From: a virus
Virus record (IMG/VR): IMGVR_UViG_3300012209_000005
Coordinates: 1 to 64,000 of that record
Reading direction: 5' to 3' (one strand)
DNA length: 64,000 nucleotides
This document shows, piece after piece, positions 43,358 through 54,314 of this stretch. The notes beneath the pieces are model-generated. The model did not search any database and was not told where the DNA came from. It saw nothing but the letters and a program-made list of their open reading frames with translations. Numbering within the stretch: the stretch's first letter is position 1; every line of letters starts with the position of its first letter. A program made the position numbers and the translations under genes.

Positions 43358-45196
43358 CTAGTTGCACAGCCAGAGCACGGCGAACGAGCTGTTGAAGTTG
43401 CTCACCGAGGTGGCGAACGTCCCCGACGCGTTCAGCCACTGGACCTGGGGGGTGATCGTCTCCCCGGCGTTCAGGTAGTAGCATCCGAGCGCGGTCGCCG
43501 CCGAAGGCCCCCCGGTGGTGACCGGGACCAGCTGCTGGTACCAGTCAGGCGGCCCCTGGCTGCCCGAGGGGGCGGTGAGCCCCCCGGAGACGGGCACGCT
43601 CAGCGCGGCTGCGAGAGTCCCGGCGGTGGAGGCGTTGGGGACCATCGAGAACTCCCCGATAGCCATGTACCACCCGGGAACCGGGGCCTTGTAGCGGTGG
43701 TTGGCGGCATCCCAGCCGCCGTAGTTGTCCCCCACCGAGGCGTGGACGGGCCCGCTGACCGTATCCATGAAGATCGTCTGCCAGGTGGTGTTCGCCAGCG
43801 AGGTCTGCGCGGTCGCCTGCCGGGACAGCAAGTAGGGCTTGTTCAGCAGGAAGTTCAGGTCATTGGCGAACTTGGCGTTGAACGTGGGCACCAGCTGCCC
43901 CGGGCCCGTCCCCGGGGCCATGCCCGCCTGCAGCAGGTACCCGGTGACGTCCGGGGGGGTCCAGGCCAGGTTCGACGCCGTGCTTATCGCGTTGAACCAG
44001 ACCATGATCAGCCGCGAGTAGTACACGTTCGACAAGCTGGCGCCCGCGGCCTGGGTGTTGAGGGCGAACGCCGAGACGGTATCGCCCGCGTTCAGGTCGA
44101 GCATCCGGGTGATCCCCACCGCCGTCTGCATCTTGCCGTTGGTCATCGCCGGGGGGTAGTTGGGCCCGAAGTAGTTGACCCCGTTGACGGTGATCCCCGC
44201 CTGGTACTGCCCGGAGGTCGAGGTGATCCCGAAGATGATGTTGGCGTGGACGAAGTAAACCCCGGGCAGGGGCACCGTGTACTGGTGGTTGGCGGTGCTC
44301 CACCCGTGGTAGGTGTCGATCAGCTGCCCGGCCCCCAGCTGGGCTTTCGTCACCGCGCCGGTGGGGATCGTCTGGGAGATCGCGGAGCTGACGTTGAGCA
44401 CCGGGGGGTAGTTGAGCAGCGCCAGCGTCTGGTTGACCGTGTTATTCAGCAGCGTGTGCGTGATCGGGGTGCTGGAGGTGAAGACGGTCGCCGGGGAGGG
44501 GATCGTCGCCACCGTCTGCCCGTTGTTCTGGTCGCAGGCGCACCAGATCTGGGTGAAACGCGGGGTCTGCCCCACCGAGTTGGGCGCCGTGTTAGACACG
44601 ACGGTGAAAGCGGTCGAATTCGGGTCCGCGACCAGGGCGCTGGGGGAGAACGGCCCGGTGACGCCCGTCACCGGGAACAGGTCGATCGCGTACGCGCAGC
44701 TGTGGTGGCCGGTGTTCCCCGCCTGGATGATCCCGCAGTTCTGCTTGATCGTCGTGGTCGTCCCGGCGAACTGCGCCCAGCCCGCGCCCAGCGCGCACGG
44801 GGTCCCGGTGAACGTGTCGTGGGTCATCGTGTGGAACATCAGCGTCCAGCCGCCGCGCCGCCCGGGGAGCCCCGAGGACCCGGGGGCGGTCACCCCCAGG
44901 GTGCGGTAGGTCGCCTGGGTCCCCGGGGTGTCCGCGCCCACCCCGAAAAGGGCCGAGGTGTCCACGATGGAAATCCCGTTGCCGAGCGCCCCGCCGTAGG
45001 TGAGCCACGTCCCGGTGGGGCTGGACTTCGGCAGGATGTTATGGGACACGAATGCCTCGTGCGCCACCGGGCGGTTCGAGTGGAAGAAGGTCCCCTGCGC
45101 GGCGAAATAGGAGCCGTCATAGGAGAACATGTCCTGGTTCAGCTGGCCCGCGGTTACCGGGATGTTCCCCTGGTACAGGGAAGGGGTTACGGGCAT
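43358..45196 (-). CDS. minor tail protein (two C1q/TNF-like beta modules)
   Basis: Repeated DxYxGW...YxxPxPGxY motif. Confidence 0.75.
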   Translation of the reverse strand: MPVTPSLYQGNIPVTAGQLNQDMFSYDGSYFAAQGTFFHSNRPVAHEAFVSHNILPKSSPTGTWLTYGGALGNGISIVDTSALFGVGADTPGTQATYRTLGVTAPGSSGLPGRRGGWTLMFHTMTHDTFTGTPCALGAGWAQFAGTTTTIKQNCGIIQAGNTGHHSCAYAIDLFPVTGVTGPFSPSALVADPNSTAFTVVSNTAPNSVGQTPRFTQIWCACDQNNGQTVATIPSPATVFTSSTPITHTLLNNTVNQTLALLNYPPVLNVSSAISQTIPTGAVTKAQLGAGQLIDTYHGWSTANHQYTVPLPGVYFVHANIIFGITSTSGQYQAGITVNGVNYFGPNYPPAMTNGKMQTAVGITRMLDLNAGDTVSAFALNTQAAGASLSNVYYSRLIMVWFNAISTASNLAWTPPDVTGYLLQAGMAPGTGPGQLVPTFNAKFANDLNFLLNKPYLLSRQATAQTSLANTTWQTIFMDTVSGPVHASVGDNYGGWDAANHRYKAPVPGWYMAIGEFSMVPNASTAGTLAAALSVPVSGGLTAPSGSQGPPDWYQQLVPVTTGGPSAATALGCYYLNAGETITPQVQWLNASGTFATSVSNFNSSFAVLWLCN

Positions 45197-45206
45197 GTCA
45201 GGTCCT

Positions 45207-48200
45207 TTACCACGCCAGGTACGAGTTCCCGAGCGTGTTATTGGCAGCGGAATCGGCGACGAGGACGGAGCTGTCCGGGAACCGCGGGGTGATCTGGTAG
45301 GTGACATCCCACTGGTTGGGGCCGATCGCGTGCTGGATCCGCTGGACCGGGCCCGTCACCGACAGGACCGCCCCCCCCAGCGGCCGGCGGTTCACCGTGA
45401 TCACGTCCTGGAGGTCCAGGTGGAGCAGCTGGGCGAAGGAGGTGGTGACCGCCGACTGGGTTTTCGCCGGGGACACGGTGATCTGGGCGACCCGCTGCAC
45501 CGGGTTGTTGAATTTCGCGGAATTCCAGTTGACCGCCCCGTAAGTGTCATACGGGTTCATCGCGTACGACTGGATGGACAGCCCGGAGCGGTTGAAGAAG
45601 TTCAGCTGGGAGGCGAAGTTCGTCTGCTGGTAGTAGATCGTGGTGTTCGGCCCCCGGTTCTGGGTGGCGTCGATCTGGTTGTAGATGAACGTGTTGTCCA
45701 GGCTGAACGCGGTGTCCTGGCTGAAAGGGATCTCCGTCGTGCCGTTGTCGCCGAGGACGGTGTGCACCGGGGCGTTATACAGGGCCCAGCGGGGGATGTA
45801 AATGATCGACCCGTTGGCGGTCGTGTAACAGCGCCCGCCCTCCGTCTGGGTGAGCTGGGTGAGGATATCCCCGCCGGTGCTGCCCGCGTAGGAGAAGGCC
45901 TCGGACATGGCGGTGTTCTCGCTGGTGCCGTGATTGCTGATCCATATCTGCCCGCCGCGCTTCAGCCCGAGCAGGCCCCAGGTGAGCACCTGCGCGAACC
46001 TTTCCGGGGCGGTCACCCCGATGAACCCGTTCGCCCCGGAGACGTAGTGGTTCTGCACCATCGTCGGGGTGAGTTCCTGCTTGTAGATCGCCAGGTGCCC
46101 GGCGACGAAGTTGTACCCCTGGTAGCTGACGATCGTGCTGTTGTCGTAGCTGTACCGCCCCGAGCCGAGGATCACCGCTTTCACCTGGCCGAACGCGGGG
46201 ATAGCCGGGGTCCCCCCGGTGGTCCTCACCCCGTTCAGGTAGATGTTCACCCCCGACGGGGACACGTTGATCACCAGGTGCTGGGGGTTCGGGTTCGTCC
46301 CGTTGAACGACGGGACCGTGTTACTGTTCGCGATATTCGTCCCGTTGACGTAAAGTCCCGCCAGTGCCCCGGTATTCACCGACACGGTGATCACCGCGCC
46401 GTACTTGTCGCTCGGGCTGTAGTAGGCACTCGGGCCCGCGTACGCGGTGAACAGGGTGCACGCGAAGTTGGACGCCTGCCACCCGGTCAGGAACCAGAAC
46501 TCGTAGCAGACCCCGGCGTTCGCCCCGTTCACCGGGATATTCGGGTCCGAGTAGAACATCGCCGGCCCGCCGATCGCGGGGATCTGCCCGGGGTAGTCGG
46601 CGGTGCCGAAGGCGCTGCCCGAGTCCCCCATCAGGTTGAGCGCCTGCCCGGTGGTCGCGGGCAGGCCGTCGCCGCCGTCCCGGTACGCACCGCTGCGGCT
46701 ATTCCCGAAAGCCCTGTTGATGGCCATCAGGCCGTTAGCGTCGATGGGGATTTTCGTGCCGCCGAACAGGAAGAACCCGCCGACCGTGATATTCGTCAGG
46801 GAGTTGGTGGTGAAGCTGTACTGCTCGTCGGTGGGGAAGTAGGCGTACGGGTAGTCCTTGCGGATATCGCCTTCGACGGCGCTGGGCATGGTGGTGGACG
46901 CCAGCGGGCCGTAGGCGTCGGTGGCGGTGATCTCGGTGAACCCGTACTGCGGCAAGTCCGGCCAGTCCTGCGGCCAGCGTTCCACGTACCCGAAGCCCAC
47001 CGGGTACTGGGTGGGGTTGCCCGCGGTCTGCGTCCACCACGCGGTCACCCGGACGGGCACCCCCGGCGCGATATTCGGGTAGTAGGGCGACGCCGTGTTG
47101 CCGAAGGTGAACGCGCCGTCATGGTTGTCCAGGGAGATGGTCATCTCCCCGGTTTCCTCCTGGGTCAGCTCGTACTGCCGGCCCCGGGAGATGTCGATGA
47201 CCGGGGACCCCTCCTTGCCGATGCACCGGGCGGTGATATCGGTCCACACCGGGCCCTCGACCGTCCAGGTGTAGTCCACCGATTGCGTCCAGTCGCCCGG
47301 GTCGGCCCCGAAAGCCGCTTCCACGACTATCCGGGGGAAAGCCGGGTTCGGCTGGGCGGGGGCGGTCGCGGTCGCTTTCAGGCCGACGATGATCGCGGCG
47401 GCGGGCGCTGCGGTCGTCCAGCTGGGGCCGAAGCTGACCGTGCCCGCGGACTGGCTGTTGATGAAGTAGGCGTTGACGGTGGCGTCGTAAGCGGAGGCGC
47501 CCCCCGCCGTGCCGATGTTCGTCCACCCGGCGGGGGCACTCGGGCCGGTGGTGTTCGTCCCGGTGCACAAGACGGCGAAGCACTGGTCGGTGACGGTGGC
47601 GGTACCCGGGGGGACGGTCAGCGTGCTGACCGCGGAATTCGTGTTCGCGGTCTGCGCGAAGTCGACGGAAACCATCTGCATCGCGGTCGGGGTGTCCACT
47701 TCCGCGATCACGTAACTCGTCGAGTACGCCCACCCGGTGACCGCGACGGAAATCCAGCTGACCTGCCGGGCGTTCAGCGCGATCCAGATGGCGGCGCGAG
47801 CTCCGGACTGCTGGGCGGTGATCCCCACCTGCCGCCACAGGTTGCCCTCGCTGTCCGTCACATTGACGGCGGGGGCCTTCCCGGTGGACTGGTAGCCGAA
47901 GAAGGCGACGTCCCACCCGATGAACGCGACCAGGGCGTTGCCCGGGGTTGCCGAAGCGGGGTTATTCGGGTTGATCATCGTGAACGGGATGTTGTCCAGC
48001 CCGTAGTCGTTGATCACCCCGGCGGTGACCACCTGGGCGATGCCCGTCGGCCCGGCGGGGGCGCCGCTGGCGGAGGAGGAGAAGGTGATGCCCCTGGACA
48101 CCGCGCCGATGCCCGCGGCACCGAGCACCGAGGAGGAGAAGGCGATCCCCCCGGAGACCGCGCCCGTGGTCGTCGCCGGGACGATTTCCAGCGCCGCCCA

Positions 48201-48827
48201 GGCGTACGGGTTGCCCGGGGATCCCGTCCAGCCCAGGGTGGTCGCGCCCGGGGTCCCGGTCGCGGCGGTCGCCTTCCCCAGCAGGTTGACCTCGCCGACG
48301 TCGCCGTTCGCGACGTCGGTGATCGTGGTGGTGGCGCCGTTCGGCGAGATCGAGGGCGTGTTCGCGACGGTGGCAGCCAGCAGCACCCACGAGCCGGTGA
48401 CCGTGGTGGTGATGCTCCCCGTCCAGCTGGTCGGGGTGCCGGTGGACGAGGCGGTGTTCGACGCCCCCACCGTGGCCGATGCCCCGTCGAGCACGTACGG
48501 GAAAATCGACCACAGGGCCTGCGCGCTGTTGCCCCTGGTCGCGGTGAGAGTCACCGACCCGGGGGCGCTGCTGTAGTAGAAGGTGAACAGGACCGCGTAG
48601 TCGTACAGGGTGTCGAAGACGTGCGGGCCCCGGGTGTAATTGTTCCCGTTCGAGTCCTGCACGGTCATATTCGGGTCGGACGAGGTGGGCCCGTAGCCGA
48701 GCGAGGCCATGACGACGACCATGGAGGACGCGGGCGGGGAGAACGAGCCTGTTACCAGCGTGGTCGAGGTGCTGGGCGACGCCGTGGTCGCGGCAGCCGG
48801 CGTGGAGGCGTCGAGGCTGATGGCCAT
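45207..48827 (-). CDS. large minor tail/baseplate protein
   Basis: WTDIT..ISRGRQYEL....G...I.LDN.DG.F; LamG-like insert. Confidence 0.8.
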   Translation of the reverse strand: MAISLDASTPAAATTASPSTSTTLVTGSFSPPASSMVVVMASLGYGPTSSDPNMTVQDSNGNNYTRGPHVFDTLYDYAVLFTFYYSSAPGSVTLTATRGNSAQALWSIFPYVLDGASATVGASNTASSTGTPTSWTGSITTTVTGSWVLLAATVANTPSISPNGATTTITDVANGDVGEVNLLGKATAATGTPGATTLGWTGSPGNPYAWAALEIVPATTTGAVSGGIAFSSSVLGAAGIGAVSRGITFSSSASGAPAGPTGIAQVVTAGVINDYGLDNIPFTMINPNNPASATPGNALVAFIGWDVAFFGYQSTGKAPAVNVTDSEGNLWRQVGITAQQSGARAAIWIALNARQVSWISVAVTGWAYSTSYVIAEVDTPTAMQMVSVDFAQTANTNSAVSTLTVPPGTATVTDQCFAVLCTGTNTTGPSAPAGWTNIGTAGGASAYDATVNAYFINSQSAGTVSFGPSWTTAAPAAAIIVGLKATATAPAQPNPAFPRIVVEAAFGADPGDWTQSVDYTWTVEGPVWTDITARCIGKEGSPVIDISRGRQYELTQEETGEMTISLDNHDGAFTFGNTASPYYPNIAPGVPVRVTAWWTQTAGNPTQYPVGFGYVERWPQDWPDLPQYGFTEITATDAYGPLASTTMPSAVEGDIRKDYPYAYFPTDEQYSFTTNSLTNITVGGFFLFGGTKIPIDANGLMAINRAFGNSRSGAYRDGGDGLPATTGQALNLMGDSGSAFGTADYPGQIPAIGGPAMFYSDPNIPVNGANAGVCYEFWFLTGWQASNFACTLFTAYAGPSAYYSPSDKYGAVITVSVNTGALAGLYVNGTNIANSNTVPSFNGTNPNPQHLVINVSPSGVNIYLNGVRTTGGTPAIPAFGQVKAVILGSGRYSYDNSTIVSYQGYNFVAGHLAIYKQELTPTMVQNHYVSGANGFIGVTAPERFAQVLTWGLLGLKRGGQIWISNHGTSENTAMSEAFSYAGSTGGDILTQLTQTEGGRCYTTANGSIIYIPRWALYNAPVHTVLGDNGTTEIPFSQDTAFSLDNTFIYNQIDATQNRGPNTTIYYQQTNFASQLNFFNRSGLSIQSYAMNPYDTYGAVNWNSAKFNNPVQRVAQITVSPAKTQSAVTTSFAQLLHLDLQDVITVNRRPLGGAVLSVTGPVQRIQHAIGPNQWDVTYQITPRFPDSSVLVADSAANNTLGNSYLAW

Positions 48828-48831
48828 GGCG

Positions 48832-49200
48832 TCAGCTCGCGGTGAGGGTGACCGTGATCAGGTACGTGCCGGCGCTGGAGTACAGGACGTTGGTGGGAAG
48901 CTGGCCTCCGTCAACGTAAAGACCGCCCGAGGAGAGGGTCCACAGCCCCCAGCTGGTGATCGTGGTGCCCGCGGGCACGTTAATCGTCACCTGACTCCCG
49001 GTGACCGAGCCGGCGGCAATCGCGCCCCAGGTGGTCGATACGCGGACGTAGGAGCCGCCCACGACCTCGTTCGCGCCGGTTGCCCCCGGGTTCCCGGTGT
49101 GCAGGCTGATGAAGTGAGCGTTCACCTCGTTGGTGCCACTGCCAGTGATCATCAGCAGGGCATTGTTCAGCTCGTTGACAACACTGGAGTTAGCGGACAT
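48832..49200 (-). CDS. small tail protein
   Basis: ISLHTGNPG.TGANEV.GGSY.R...W motif. Confidence 0.75.
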   Translation of the reverse strand: MSANSSVVNELNNALLMITGSGTNEVNAHFISLHTGNPGATGANEVVGGSYVRVSTTWGAIAAGSVTGSQVTINVPAGTTITSWGLWTLSSGGLYVDGGQLPTNVLYSSAGTYLITVTLTAS

Positions 49201-49309
49201 GGATAATCACGCCTTTCAGCTATCGATCCACGCTTTAAGAAATGTACCACCCGCACAATTCACGGTTGTGAATGTAGTCTGAGTGAAAGCCATTATTTTC
49301 CCCTAGTGA

Positions 49310-52300
49310 TCACTTGTTCGTGTTCGACCAGCCGCCGGTGACCTGGCCCCGGTTGCGCATGTTGTAGGTCAGGACCCTCTGCTGCATGTTCTGCCAGATT
49401 TTCTGCCCGTCAAGCTCGACCACCAGGGCTCCCGGGGACAGGACGAGGGTCCCGCCTTCCCCCGTCCCCCCGGGCGGGCTGACCCTTTCCGGGCGCCCGG
49501 TGGTGTTGAGGGCGAGGCTCAGCCCCGGGGGCAGGAAACCGCCGTTGTCATACCAGTTGTGCGCGACCTCGTGCGCCCACGCGGCAGCCGGGGACCCGTA
49601 CCCCGGGCGCTGCTTGATGTAATTCAGCCCCCAGATAATCTGGCTCTTGTAGTCGCCCAGATTGTACGGATGCCCGTGACCGAGGCTCTGGGGGATGCCA
49701 TAGGCGCCAGAACTCGGGTTGACGGCCCAGGCATTCCAGCCGCTCTCCTGGTTCCAGAGCCTGATCAGCGGGGCCATCTGGTCCGGTCCCCAGTGATACA
49801 GGGGCAGCAGCGACCTGGCGTATGCCTGCGCGACCGCCGCCGAATGGGTGCGTGCCCCCGAATCCCCCATTCCCCCCTTGCCGCTCCCGACGAGAGCCGC
49901 CTGCGCTGCCGCTATGGCCTTTTGCATCGCGGCATTCATCCGGGATTCGATGACCGCCGCCATCTGGTTGGCGTTCGCGTTGATATTATGGTCCCCCCAC
50001 GGGCCCAGCCCGGGGATGGCCCCGGAGTAATTCGGGATGACCCCCCCGGCGGCGAAACCCGGCACCTTGTGGGCGGCGAGGAAAGGCTCGATGGCTTTCA
50101 CCAGGTGCTTGGGGACGACCGCCTCCCCGGGCTCCAGCAGCGCGTGGAAGATGTCGCCGCCGCCGTACCCCCCGGGGACTTTCATCCCGTGCTGGAACCC
50201 CCCGGGGGCCGCCCCGATGTTCTGGGGTCCGTGGGCGGCGCCCGTCCGCGAGGTGGGCCCGGACACCGACCACTTGCCCAGCCCGGTCTCGTGGATGACC
50301 ACATTCGTCCTCGGGGGGAGCCGGTGCAGGGCATTCCACAAGTCATCCGCGTGCTGCTTGGAGACATGGAGCTGGGCAGCCAGTTCCTCAAACTTTTTCT
50401 TGGACAGGTCGGTGTGGCTGCGCAGGATGTTGAAGGTGTTGATGCCCTTGCCCGCGAAGTCGTTCCACAGCTGGTCGGCCTTGGACTTGTTGATCCCCAG
50501 CTGGGCGGAGAACCTCTCGAAGGCGCCCCGGGTCTTGACGGTCTGGCCTTCCAGGGTGTTCGACGCCGCCTGGTTCCTCCCGTAGGTGTTGCTGAGGATC
50601 TGCTCGATCTGGTTAACGTCGGACGCCTTGAACTTGTACTGTTCCAGCGCCTTCGTCAGCGCGTCCTGCGCAGCCTTCGTCGCCGGGGACTGCGTGCCGT
50701 TTTGCAACAGCGCCGCCGTGTACGCCTGGGTGAGCGTGGTGATCTTCTTGGTGTCCGCGCCGGCCGCCGCCATCGCGTCGAGCACGTCGCTTTGCAGGGT
50801 GCCCGCGAAATTCGCCGCCACCTTGGAGACGTTGGTGATCTTCGCGGTCAGGTCGGTAAGCAGCCCGGCGAACTTGCCGGAGGACACCGCGTTCTTATCC
50901 GTCCACTCTTTCAGGGCCTGGTAGTTCTGGGTGAGGCTTTTCGTGCTGTCGTACGCGGGCCCGGATGCCTCCTGGCTGATCATCATCAGCTCAGCCAGCG
51001 CCGCCTTGGACTTGGAGGCGTAAGGCTCCAGCTGCTGGACGACGGAGGCTATCCCCTGCCCGTACTGCTTCTGGGTGACCACCCCGGCGGCGGCGGCGAC
51101 CCGCAGGGCATCGGTGAAGCTGTTCGCCTGGGTGATCGACTGGTTGTAGGACTGCCACACCTGCGCCGAGGACCCGGAGAAGGAGGTGAGTTCCTTGGCG
51201 ATGTCCTTCACCGACGACCCGACCTGCCCGGAGAAAGCCCGGATCTTCCCGCCGACCGCCGGGGCCAGGTTGCCCATCTGCTGCAGGTCCAGGTTCAGCT
51301 GGGTGAACGTCCCGGTCAGCGAGGTGCCCATCGCGATGAACTGGTCCCACGCCTGATTCGTCTGCTGGACCTTCGTCGTCTGCAACCCGGCCTGGATGTT
51401 CACCGCGGCCATCGTGTTGGCGAGAATCCCCCCGGTCTGGTCCATCTTCTGGTAGCCGAGGACCAGGCTCGCGACCTGGATGGCGGCCTGGGCGTTCAGC
51501 TGGCCGTTCTTCCCCATCGAGGTGGAAAGCTTGATCCCGGCCATGTCCGCGAGCCCCAGGGCGGTCACGAAGTCCACCTTGTAAGCCTTGGAAATATCGG
51601 TCGCGCCCTGGATGACATTCTTGGAAGTGTCGAAAAGCTTCTTCTGCTCGGCGGTCAGCTCCATGATGTTCTGGGCCGACCCGGAGATCGCCCCGCTGCT
51701 CAGCGCCAGGTAACCCGCGCCCGCCTTCACCAGGGCGTTAAACGAGGCCCACTGCTGGTTCTGCTGCTGGACGACCTGCGCGTTCTTCTGCGCGATGACA
51801 TTCAGCGCACTCATGTTCGACGCGGCGCCGACCGCCTTGTTGATGCCGTCGATGAACTCCTGGGTGGCCGTCTTCTCCCGACCCAGCCAGAAGCCCAGCC
51901 CGGCGAGCGCGAGGGCCCCGACGGCGAGCGCCGCCCCCCACGGCCCGAGCAGGAACTTGCTGACGGCCCCCAGCTTCCCCACCACCCCGGAGGCCGCCAT
52001 CCCTATCCCGTCGGCGGCCTTCGTGAAGCCCATCCCGGAGGCCATCTTCGCGGCGACCCCGCCCAGGTTGGCGATCATCCCGGCGAGCCCGCTGACGACG
52101 TTCGCGACCATCGCCGCCACGTTCGCCCCGATCTTCGCGAAAACCGGGATGCCCAGCGTGCCGAGCAGGGCGATCGCCCGTCCCAGCAGCCCGAAGCCCC
52201 CGACGAGGATGCCGCTCCAGCGGTACATCTCCTCGAAGATGAAAACGGCGTAGAGCAGCGGCGCGGGCAGCTGGGAGATCCACTTGATGACCTCGCTGAT

Positions 52301-53806
52301 CGCGGTCGCTATGTGCAGCGCCAGTTCCGCGGCCCCGGGCATGGCGGCGGCGAACATCAGGAGCGCGTGCCCGACGTTGCCGAGGATCTGCCCGAACTCC
52401 CGCAGGTCCTGGACCGCCTGCCCGACGAGCTTCTGCAAGGTCGCCCCCATCGGCCCCTGCAGGTCGGCGACCACTTTCGCGCCGAAGGCATCGAGCATGT
52501 GGGTGACTTCCAGCCCGACGCGGGCGAAATTGGACAGCCCGTCAGCGCCGGCGTGGGACTGGGTGCCGATAGCTTTCAGCGCTTCCCCGAAAAGCTCGTA
52601 GACCCCGGGGTTCGCCCTGTCCTGCGCGACCTGCATGGAATGGCCGAGCCCGAGCATATCCCCGGCGGTCTTGCCGACCATCGGGCCGAGGGTCTCGCTG
52701 GCGGTGTAAAGCCCGGTGACCATGTGCGTGACCTGCTGCATGCCCTGGGCCATCGCGTACGCCCCGGCCACGGCGGCGTACATGGCGGGCAGGAACACGG
52801 CCAGGAATTCCACGACGGCCATGATCACCAGGTGGATCGCCGTGCCCCACCCGGTGATCCCGAATGCCGCCAGCCCGAGGGGTATCCGCGCCGCCGCCGC
52901 GGCTGCCGCCAGGGCCGCCATCCCCCCGCCGGCGTTGTCGGCAGCCGCGCGGAAGGGGAGCAGGACCGCGTTCGCCCGCGCCAGCGCCGCCGCCGCGCCC
53001 GCCATGACGGTGCTGAACTGCGCCACGTCGGGGGTGTTCGCCTTGATCGCGGCGTCAAGCTCGCCGGCGGTCATCGCGCTCTCTTGCTGGGCGCGGGACA
53101 GTTTCTGCACCTCGGCGGCACCCGCGGCGTCCACCGCGAACATCCGCTGCTGCGCCCCGCTGGTCGCGTTCACCTCGGAGATCAACTGGATCATCGAGGC
53201 GCTCATGTCACGCCCGGAGCCCCCCACCCGCCGCCAGGATGCCGCCAGGGTGTCCGCTTCGGCCGCCGCCTCCGCTAGCGGGGCGGCCTGCTCTTTCACG
53301 GCATTGGCAGTCCTGGCGGCCATGTTCGCCTCCATGAACTGCGCGGCGACCACCTCGCGGGTGGCGGCGGCGTACTCCCGGGCGGTGATCGCGCCCTCGG
53401 CGAGCTGGCTGTCAAGCTCGCGCAGGGCGGCGGACTGCGCGTCGATGTGGGACATCTGCGCCCCGAGGTCACCGAAGCTCTCGGTGACGTTCTCGCGGAT
53501 ATTCTGGGTGACCGGGGGGAGGTTCTCCGGCGCCATTCCGGCCGTGCCGATGTTGATATCCCTGACCGTGCGGGTGACCGTCTCGTTGGTCAGGACATCG
53601 GGGCGGCCGATCTCCTCGTAGCTGATCCGGATGGTGACGTCGCGGGGCAGGGCCTCCAGCGCGGCTTCCAGCTCGGCGACTTTTTCGAGCATCGTGTCGA
53701 TGCTGTCGATGAAATCCCGGTTGGCGGCAACCATCGCCTCGATGCCGGCAAGGTACGGGGCGACATCTGCGTCGAATTCCTGGCTGACTCTCGGAAGCTC
53801 CGGCAG
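49310..53806 (-). CDS. tape measure protein with C-terminal lytic-transglycosylase-like domain
   Basis: ~1500 aa Ala/Gly-rich helical; LW..ESGWN..A.NPSSGAYGIPQ; probable CTG start (first ATG at 53734). Confidence 0.9.
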   Translation of the reverse strand: MPELPRVSQEFDADVAPYLAGIEAMVAANRDFIDSIDTMLEKVAELEAALEALPRDVTIRISYEEIGRPDVLTNETVTRTVRDINIGTAGMAPENLPPVTQNIRENVTESFGDLGAQMSHIDAQSAALRELDSQLAEGAITAREYAAATREVVAAQFMEANMAARTANAVKEQAAPLAEAAAEADTLAASWRRVGGSGRDMSASMIQLISEVNATSGAQQRMFAVDAAGAAEVQKLSRAQQESAMTAGELDAAIKANTPDVAQFSTVMAGAAAALARANAVLLPFRAAADNAGGGMAALAAAAAAARIPLGLAAFGITGWGTAIHLVIMAVVEFLAVFLPAMYAAVAGAYAMAQGMQQVTHMVTGLYTASETLGPMVGKTAGDMLGLGHSMQVAQDRANPGVYELFGEALKAIGTQSHAGADGLSNFARVGLEVTHMLDAFGAKVVADLQGPMGATLQKLVGQAVQDLREFGQILGNVGHALLMFAAAMPGAAELALHIATAISEVIKWISQLPAPLLYAVFIFEEMYRWSGILVGGFGLLGRAIALLGTLGIPVFAKIGANVAAMVANVVSGLAGMIANLGGVAAKMASGMGFTKAADGIGMAASGVVGKLGAVSKFLLGPWGAALAVGALALAGLGFWLGREKTATQEFIDGINKAVGAASNMSALNVIAQKNAQVVQQQNQQWASFNALVKAGAGYLALSSGAISGSAQNIMELTAEQKKLFDTSKNVIQGATDISKAYKVDFVTALGLADMAGIKLSTSMGKNGQLNAQAAIQVASLVLGYQKMDQTGGILANTMAAVNIQAGLQTTKVQQTNQAWDQFIAMGTSLTGTFTQLNLDLQQMGNLAPAVGGKIRAFSGQVGSSVKDIAKELTSFSGSSAQVWQSYNQSITQANSFTDALRVAAAAGVVTQKQYGQGIASVVQQLEPYASKSKAALAELMMISQEASGPAYDSTKSLTQNYQALKEWTDKNAVSSGKFAGLLTDLTAKITNVSKVAANFAGTLQSDVLDAMAAAGADTKKITTLTQAYTAALLQNGTQSPATKAAQDALTKALEQYKFKASDVNQIEQILSNTYGRNQAASNTLEGQTVKTRGAFERFSAQLGINKSKADQLWNDFAGKGINTFNILRSHTDLSKKKFEELAAQLHVSKQHADDLWNALHRLPPRTNVVIHETGLGKWSVSGPTSRTGAAHGPQNIGAAPGGFQHGMKVPGGYGGGDIFHALLEPGEAVVPKHLVKAIEPFLAAHKVPGFAAGGVIPNYSGAIPGLGPWGDHNINANANQMAAVIESRMNAAMQKAIAAAQAALVGSGKGGMGDSGARTHSAAVAQAYARSLLPLYHWGPDQMAPLIRLWNQESGWNAWAVNPSSGAYGIPQSLGHGHPYNLGDYKSQIIWGLNYIKQRPGYGSPAAAWAHEVAHNWYDNGGFLPPGLSLALNTTGRPERVSPPGGTGEGGTLVLSPGALVVELDGQKIWQNMQQRVLTYNMRNRGQVTGGWSNTNK

Positions 53807-53822
53807 ACAGTCACCTCCTCAC

Positions 53823-54311
53823 TTACCGGACATAAGGGCTCATGCGGGCCATGAAAGCAGAAACGGCCGAACGCTGGAGGGAGCCGTTAGAAATAACAGC
53901 TTCCAGCGCCGGCCGGAAATACGGGTGCTCGGGGACATGGACCCGGCGGAAATACCAGGACCCGCCGGTGTTCACCCAGTGCATCATGCCCTTGTTGCCC
54001 CAGGTATCGCCGCCGAACTCCTGGATAGCCGCGTACCGGGCGTAAGCCCCGACGCTGGCTTCCGCCTGCGTTCCCTTCGAAATCGTCCTGCCCCTTTTCA
54101 CGCTGCGCGCCAGGGCGCCGGAGGCATACGCGGGCGGGTGCCCCACTGCCTGCCGCCAGAACATGCGCGGCGGGTGGAACTGCTGCTTCAGCTCCACCGT
54201 CGTCACCCGGCGCTGGAAGGTGTCCGCCATTGCCGTGGCAACGGGACCCGCGGCGCTCGCGACATTCCCGGCCAGCCCCGCCAGGAAAGCAGTGTTCCCC
54301 TCCGGGGTCAT
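53823..54311 (-). CDS. HK97 gp10-like neck/tail-completion protein
   Basis: PA..SG.L.RS, YA..QEFGG, P.HPYFRPA. Confidence 0.75.
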   Translation of the reverse strand: MTPEGNTAFLAGLAGNVASAAGPVATAMADTFQRRVTTVELKQQFHPPRMFWRQAVGHPPAYASGALARSVKRGRTISKGTQAEASVGAYARYAAIQEFGGDTWGNKGMMHWVNTGGSWYFRRVHVPEHPYFRPALEAVISNGSLQRSAVSAFMARMSPYVR

Positions 54312-54314
54312 CGG

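Noticed and set aside
41591-53278. Three >1200-aa + strand ORFs (41591, 45129, 49559)
   Set aside because: Antisense shadows of GC3-biased tail genes; no motifs or RBS
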